From Blastocatellia bacterium (GTDB taxonomy: Bacteria; Acidobacteriota; Blastocatellia; UBA7656), in NCBI GenBank assembly GCA_045807725.1, contig JBJMGV010000132.1:7151-71150 (forward strand): a stretch of 64,000 nt of DNA. The letters are read 5' to 3'. This document shows, in pieces, positions 60,027 to 64,000 of the stretch. Numbering within the stretch: position 1 is the stretch's first letter; every line of letters starts with the position of its first letter. The translations under genes were made by a program, and so were the position numbers. The notes beneath the pieces are model-generated. The model did not search any database, was not told the origin of the DNA, and saw only the letters and a list, made by a program, of their open reading frames with translations.

Positions 60027-63000
60027 ATGATTAAACGACGTCTACTCCTGCTGTTGATGCTTATCCTGTTGCTGCCCGCCGCTGCTTTGCGGTCGCAGGA
60101 CGAGGACGTGCTGACCCGCGAGAGCGATGAGAGCGCAACGACAATCGCAGAGCGACAGCGCGCGTTGACGGCGCTTTTGGCCGCCTCACAGCAGATGCGT
60201 GAAGCCGGGCAGGCGGCGCAGGCGGCGCGCTTTCTCAATCGCGCCGGTCGCTTGCATCTCCAACTCAGCTCGCCGCACGACGCCGTAGCCGCTTACCAGG
60301 AAGCGCTGTCGCTTGCCGAACAGTCGCTCGTCCCGGCTATCAAGGCCGATAGCCTTAACGGCCTGGGCGCAGCGCACAAGCATCTGGGCGACTGCGATCA
60401 GGCGCAAGCCTTTCTCCAACAGGCTATCGTCGTGAGCGAGCAGAGCGATTACGTCGCGGGCAAAGCCGAAGCGTTGCTCATACTAAGTGATTGTCAGACC
60501 TACAGCGATCACGCGCTGGCGCTGCGAACGGCGCAGCAGGCGCTCGCGCTCTTCCAGTCTATAGACCATAAATGGGGCATCGCTAAATCCTATGCCGCTG
60601 TCGGCGAGTATCAGTTCGATCAGAACAACTTGCCTGAGGCTACCGCCAGCTATGAAGCGGCGTTGAATCTTTGGCGCGAACTCAAGCTGTCAGACCAGCA
60701 GGCCGAGGCGCTCATCAGCCTCGGCTACATTGAATATCGCCGAGGGGCTTGGCAAAACGTCTTCGCGTTTTTCACGCAAGCGCAAGCGTTGCTCGACGAA
60801 CAGGCCGAGCCTTACAAAATGGGCCAGATTCATGCCGGCCTCGCCAATGCTTTTATCGAAAGCGGCATGCCAGAGACCGGGCTGGCCAAGTACATGCAAG
60901 CTCTTGATGACTATAACCAGACACATAACCGGCGCGCTGTGACGGCGATGATCTGGGGCATCGGTAGGGCTAATTACATTTTGGGCAACTATGAGGAAGC
61001 GCGTCGCCATTTAGAGAACGCGCTCGCAGAGGCTGAATCCATCAAAGAAAACAAGATCGCTGCCCTGTGCAATGACTTTTTGGGACAGACCGCGAGGGCA
61101 ACGAATGACCAGACCGCCGCCCTGCACTATTACGAGGTCGCGCTCAACTTGTATACGCAGGCGGCTAGCCCTATGGAGGCCGCGCGCGTGCTCGCTTTGA
61201 TAGGACAGGTCTACGAGCAGCAAGGGAAAGTTGAACAGGCACGGGCGTTTTACCAAAGCGCGTTGAAAACATTCCGCGCCCTCTCGCATCAGATTAACCA
61301 GTCGGCTACTCTTTATGCGCTGGGGAGCCTGGAGTTGAAGCAGCGCCGCTTAAATCTGGCGGAAGACTACTTGCGCCAGTCCATCGAAGTGACTGAGAAC
61401 ATCCGCCGCGTCTCCACGAGCCGGGACCTGACGGCTGCCTTTTCTGCCACCGTCTACGACCGCTACGAAAAGTATATTGACTGTCTGATGCAAGAGTATG
61501 AAGCGCGGCCAGCGCCTGACCTGCTCGTGCGCGCGTTCGAGACTAGCGATGTCGCGCGCGGGCGTTCGTTGTCCGAGCTGCTGCGGGCGACCGAAACCAA
61601 CCTTGTGCCCGGCCTTGACCCGCAACTGGCCGAGCGCGAAAAGTCGCTCCGTCTGCTGCTGCGGGTCAAAGAAGACGACAAAGTTACTCTGCTCAGCAAA
61701 ACCTATAAAACGAAAGAACTGGTTGCCTTAGACGCTGACCTGACGCGCTTGCAGGCTGAGTATAAAGAGGTCGGCGAAGCGATACAGGCGCGCTATCCTG
61801 CTTACGGGCCGGTGACTCGCCCGGTGGCCTGGAGTCTACAGCAAATTCAGGAGCAGGTCGTTGCCGACGACGAGACGGTGCTGTTGGAATATAGTTTCGG
61901 CTCAGACCAGAGCTACGCCTGGGCCGTCACGCGCGAGGGCATCAAGAGTTATCGCTTGCCCGCCGGGGCGCTCATCAATGAAACGGCGCAAAGAGTCTAT
62001 AAGCTGCTGGCCGTGCCGCCTGACCCGAATCAGACGAATGATCTCAACAACGCGCTTCAGGAATTGAGCGCGATGGTTCTGTCGCCGGTCGCCGCTGAGC
62101 TAAACAAGCGCCGGATTCTGATTGTCGCCGATAGTGCGCTACATTACATTCCTTTTCAGGCGTTGCCTACGCCTCAGCCGGGCGGCGAATCGCTTGTCGC
62201 CGATTACGAAATCATCAACATCCCTTCGGCCTCCATTCTCGGAGAGCTGCGCCAGGAGGCAACGCGGCGGCAGCCGACGAAAATGCTGGCCGCGTTCGGC
62301 GACCCGGTCTTCGCGTCGAACTATGCGCAGGCCAGCGGCGTGAGCAGCGGGCCTGTGGTCGCTATGCAATCGCTTGAGATGGCGCGCTGGCAAAACGCTC
62401 TGCGCGACGTTGCGCTCAACGCCGGACCCAACGGCGACACGCTCGACCCCGCAGCGATCAAGCCGCTCTTTTATGCCAAGCGCGAGCTGGCTACGTTGCG
62501 CGATGCGGCGGCGGGCGGCGAGACGGCCATCTCGTCGGGCTTCGCTGCCAGCCGCGAACAACTGCTGCACACCGACCTGTCGCAATACGCCATTCTTTAT
62601 TTCGCCACACACGGGCTGCTCGATCCGAAGCGGCCCGAAAACTCCGGCTTGTTGCTATCAACGGTGAATCGTGACGGGCAAGCGCAGAACGGCTTTGTCG
62701 GGTTGCAAGACATCTATGGCCTGCGCGCGCCGGTTGATCTGGTCGTCCTGAGCGCCTGTCAGACGGCGCTCGGCAAAGACGCGCGCGGCGAAGGCTTGCT
62801 CGGCCTCACGCGTGGGTTTATGTACGCCGGCGCATCCAGTGTAATGGCCAGTCTGTGGAAGGTAGACGACGAAGCGACCGCCGAGCTGATGCGCCAGACT
62901 TACGTCAATATGCTGCAAGAGGGAATGCCCCCGGCGGCGGCTTTGCGCGCGGCGCAGAATAGCATTCGTCAAAGGCCAGAGTGGCGCTCGCCTTATTACT

Positions 63001-63191
63001 GGGCCGGGTTCACGTTGCAGGGGGAATATCTTCACGTCATCCGCCCCGCTTCTGCCACAGGCGCTGCCGGTTTATATGGAAGGGGAATAGTAATCGGGGG
63101 GTTGATGCTGCTGGCCTTGATGGCCGTGTGGTTTTATCGCCGCCGCCAGCGGTCGCAAGCGATCATTAGCTATTCGATGACGAAAAAGTAA
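60027..63191 (+). CDS. TPR repeat / CHAT domain protein with N-terminal signal peptide and C-terminal TM anchor
   Basis: ATG at 60027 gives signal peptide MIKRRLLLLLMLILLLPAAALRSQ (the ORF track start 59832 overlaps the upstream gene); TPR array; CHAT motifs (YFATHG, VVLSACQTALG, YYWAGFTLQGEY); C-terminal hydrophobic helix plus basic tail. Confidence 0.85.
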   Translation: MIKRRLLLLLMLILLLPAAALRSQDEDVLTRESDESATTIAERQRALTALLAASQQMREAGQAAQAARFLNRAGRLHLQLSSPHDAVAAYQEALSLAEQSLVPAIKADSLNGLGAAHKHLGDCDQAQAFLQQAIVVSEQSDYVAGKAEALLILSDCQTYSDHALALRTAQQALALFQSIDHKWGIAKSYAAVGEYQFDQNNLPEATASYEAALNLWRELKLSDQQAEALISLGYIEYRRGAWQNVFAFFTQAQALLDEQAEPYKMGQIHAGLANAFIESGMPETGLAKYMQALDDYNQTHNRRAVTAMIWGIGRANYILGNYEEARRHLENALAEAESIKENKIAALCNDFLGQTARATNDQTAALHYYEVALNLYTQAASPMEAARVLALIGQVYEQQGKVEQARAFYQSALKTFRALSHQINQSATLYALGSLELKQRRLNLAEDYLRQSIEVTENIRRVSTSRDLTAAFSATVYDRYEKYIDCLMQEYEARPAPDLLVRAFETSDVARGRSLSELLRATETNLVPGLDPQLAEREKSLRLLLRVKEDDKVTLLSKTYKTKELVALDADLTRLQAEYKEVGEAIQARYPAYGPVTRPVAWSLQQIQEQVVADDETVLLEYSFGSDQSYAWAVTREGIKSYRLPAGALINETAQRVYKLLAVPPDPNQTNDLNNALQELSAMVLSPVAAELNKRRILIVADSALHYIPFQALPTPQPGGESLVADYEIINIPSASILGELRQEATRRQPTKMLAAFGDPVFASNYAQASGVSSGPVVAMQSLEMARWQNALRDVALNAGPNGDTLDPAAIKPLFYAKRELATLRDAAAGGETAISSGFAASREQLLHTDLSQYAILYFATHGLLDPKRPENSGLLLSTVNRDGQAQNGFVGLQDIYGLRAPVDLVVLSACQTALGKDARGEGLLGLTRGFMYAGASSVMASLWKVDDEATAELMRQTYVNMLQEGMPPAAALRAAQNSIRQRPEWRSPYYWAGFTLQGEYLHVIRPASATGAAGLYGRGIVIGGLMLLALMAVWFYRRRQRSQAIISYSMTKK

Positions 63192-63937
63192 CTGCCGCTG
63201 ATGCGTTGCTCGCTGCCATCGGCTCGGATGGCGAAAAGCTTCAACGCGTACTGCTCGCGCGCGAGATGCGCTGCCGGAATGACGACCCGCACCGACTGAG
63301 CGTCTTCTTCGACGATCTCCACAACTCGCTTCTCGCCATTGGTATTCTCTAACTCGACCCGATAACGCGCGGCCTGCGGCGGCGGTTGCGGCAAGATCAT
63401 GGTGACGCGCAGGGCGTCGGTATTCGACGCCAGCTTGATCGTATCTGTCGGCGCTCCTTCGGCGCGATTGCTCTGGCTGAGCGTCAGGGTCAGCGTGGCG
63501 AATGTGCGCGGCGGTTGCGGCGGGAAGAACCACAAAGCGCCGCTGATGAGAATGACGACGGCCACGGCGGCAGCCGCGCGCGCCGCCCACGACGTGCGGC
63601 CCCAAAACGCGCCGAAGCGCTCGGACCAGCTTGGCTCCGGCGCAGCGTCACTGCCACCTGACTGAAGCGCGGCGTCGCGTTCGTCAAGACAGCGCAAAAG
63701 CGCCGCCGCCACCGCGACACGTTCTTGTCTGGCTTCCGTCACCATATAATTTAGCTCGAAGCCCTGCCGCCGTTCGGGCGTGAGCTGATCGCGCAAATAC
63801 GCTTCGATCAAATCGTCTTCGACCAGGGCGATCTGATCGGGCCACTCCTCTTCGGCGAAGCAGTCGTCTTCAAACCGCTCCATCTCTTCTTTGGGCAGTT
63901 CTTCTAACAAATAAGCGATGATTCGTTCGTCAGTCAT
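63170..63937 (-). CDS. Single-pass membrane anti-sigma-factor-like protein (paralog of 52101..53105)
   Basis: N-terminus LLEELPKEEMERFEDDCFAEEE...DLIEAYLRDQLTPERRQGFELNY is similar to the 52.1 kb paralog; one TM helix; C-terminal extracytoplasmic domain. Convergent with the CHAT gene (22-bp overlap). Confidence 0.6.
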   Translation of the reverse strand: MTDERIIAYLLEELPKEEMERFEDDCFAEEEWPDQIALVEDDLIEAYLRDQLTPERRQGFELNYMVTEARQERVAVAAALLRCLDERDAALQSGGSDAAPEPSWSERFGAFWGRTSWAARAAAAVAVVILISGALWFFPPQPPRTFATLTLTLSQSNRAEGAPTDTIKLASNTDALRVTMILPQPPPQAARYRVELENTNGEKRVVEIVEEDAQSVRVVIPAAHLAREQYALKLFAIRADGSEQRISGSYFFVIE

Positions 63938-64000
63938 TCTCTAACGCCAGCCAAATCTGATAGGCGGTATTGCCCACTGCATCGCGCCACTGCTCATGAG

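Overview
This is a high-GC (~60%) bacterial chromosomal segment. The gene content suggests Acidobacteriota or a similar soil lineage: several Hanks-type Ser/Thr kinases, an ECF sigma factor of the STK-associated type, MacB/FtsX permeases and TPR-CHAT proteins. That taxonomic guess is inference only.

The window breaks into four regions:

- 1-30 kb, mostly housekeeping: a TPR Ser/Thr kinase, a class III nucleotidyl cyclase, a two-component pair (histidine kinase + OmpR-type response regulator), a methyltransferase, an SDR, a sugar nucleotidyltransferase, two orphan FtsX/MacB permeases, two tandem acyl-CoA synthetases, an amidohydrolase, TatD, an AIM24-family protein, priA, a Uma2 endonuclease, a PLP-dependent dehydratase, DinB, and an sdhC-sdhA-sdhB operon.
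- 30.5-43.3 kb, a dense phospho-signalling island: an ECF sigma with its partner STK, an FHA/trypsin-like protease fusion, a PEGA-domain kinase, a PP2C phosphatase and two more kinases, one with an extracellular repeat region and a PDZ-like tail.
- 43.4-51.7 kb: a transporter, an ABC exporter, a metallophosphoesterase, a CFA-synthase-like methyltransferase and an alpha/beta hydrolase.
- 52-64 kb, the most unusual region: two membrane-anchored TPR-CHAT (caspase-like, clan CD) proteins. Each is paired with a paralogous single-pass anti-sigma-like membrane protein. One pair sits in an apparent operon with an ECF sigma factor, and a C11 (clostripain-like) clan CD peptidase lies alongside the other. 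About 9 kb of this region is bracketed by a ~100-bp inverted repeat.

Intergenic DNA carries a recurring family of hairpins whose arms are tandem GTCAG-type heptamers, and two copies of a ~330-400 bp complex palindromic, MITE-like element that superficially resembles a mini CRISPR array. I saw no rRNA or tRNA genes, CRISPR-cas genes, integrases or transposases. The ORF track uses alternative start codons, so start coordinates are uncertain.
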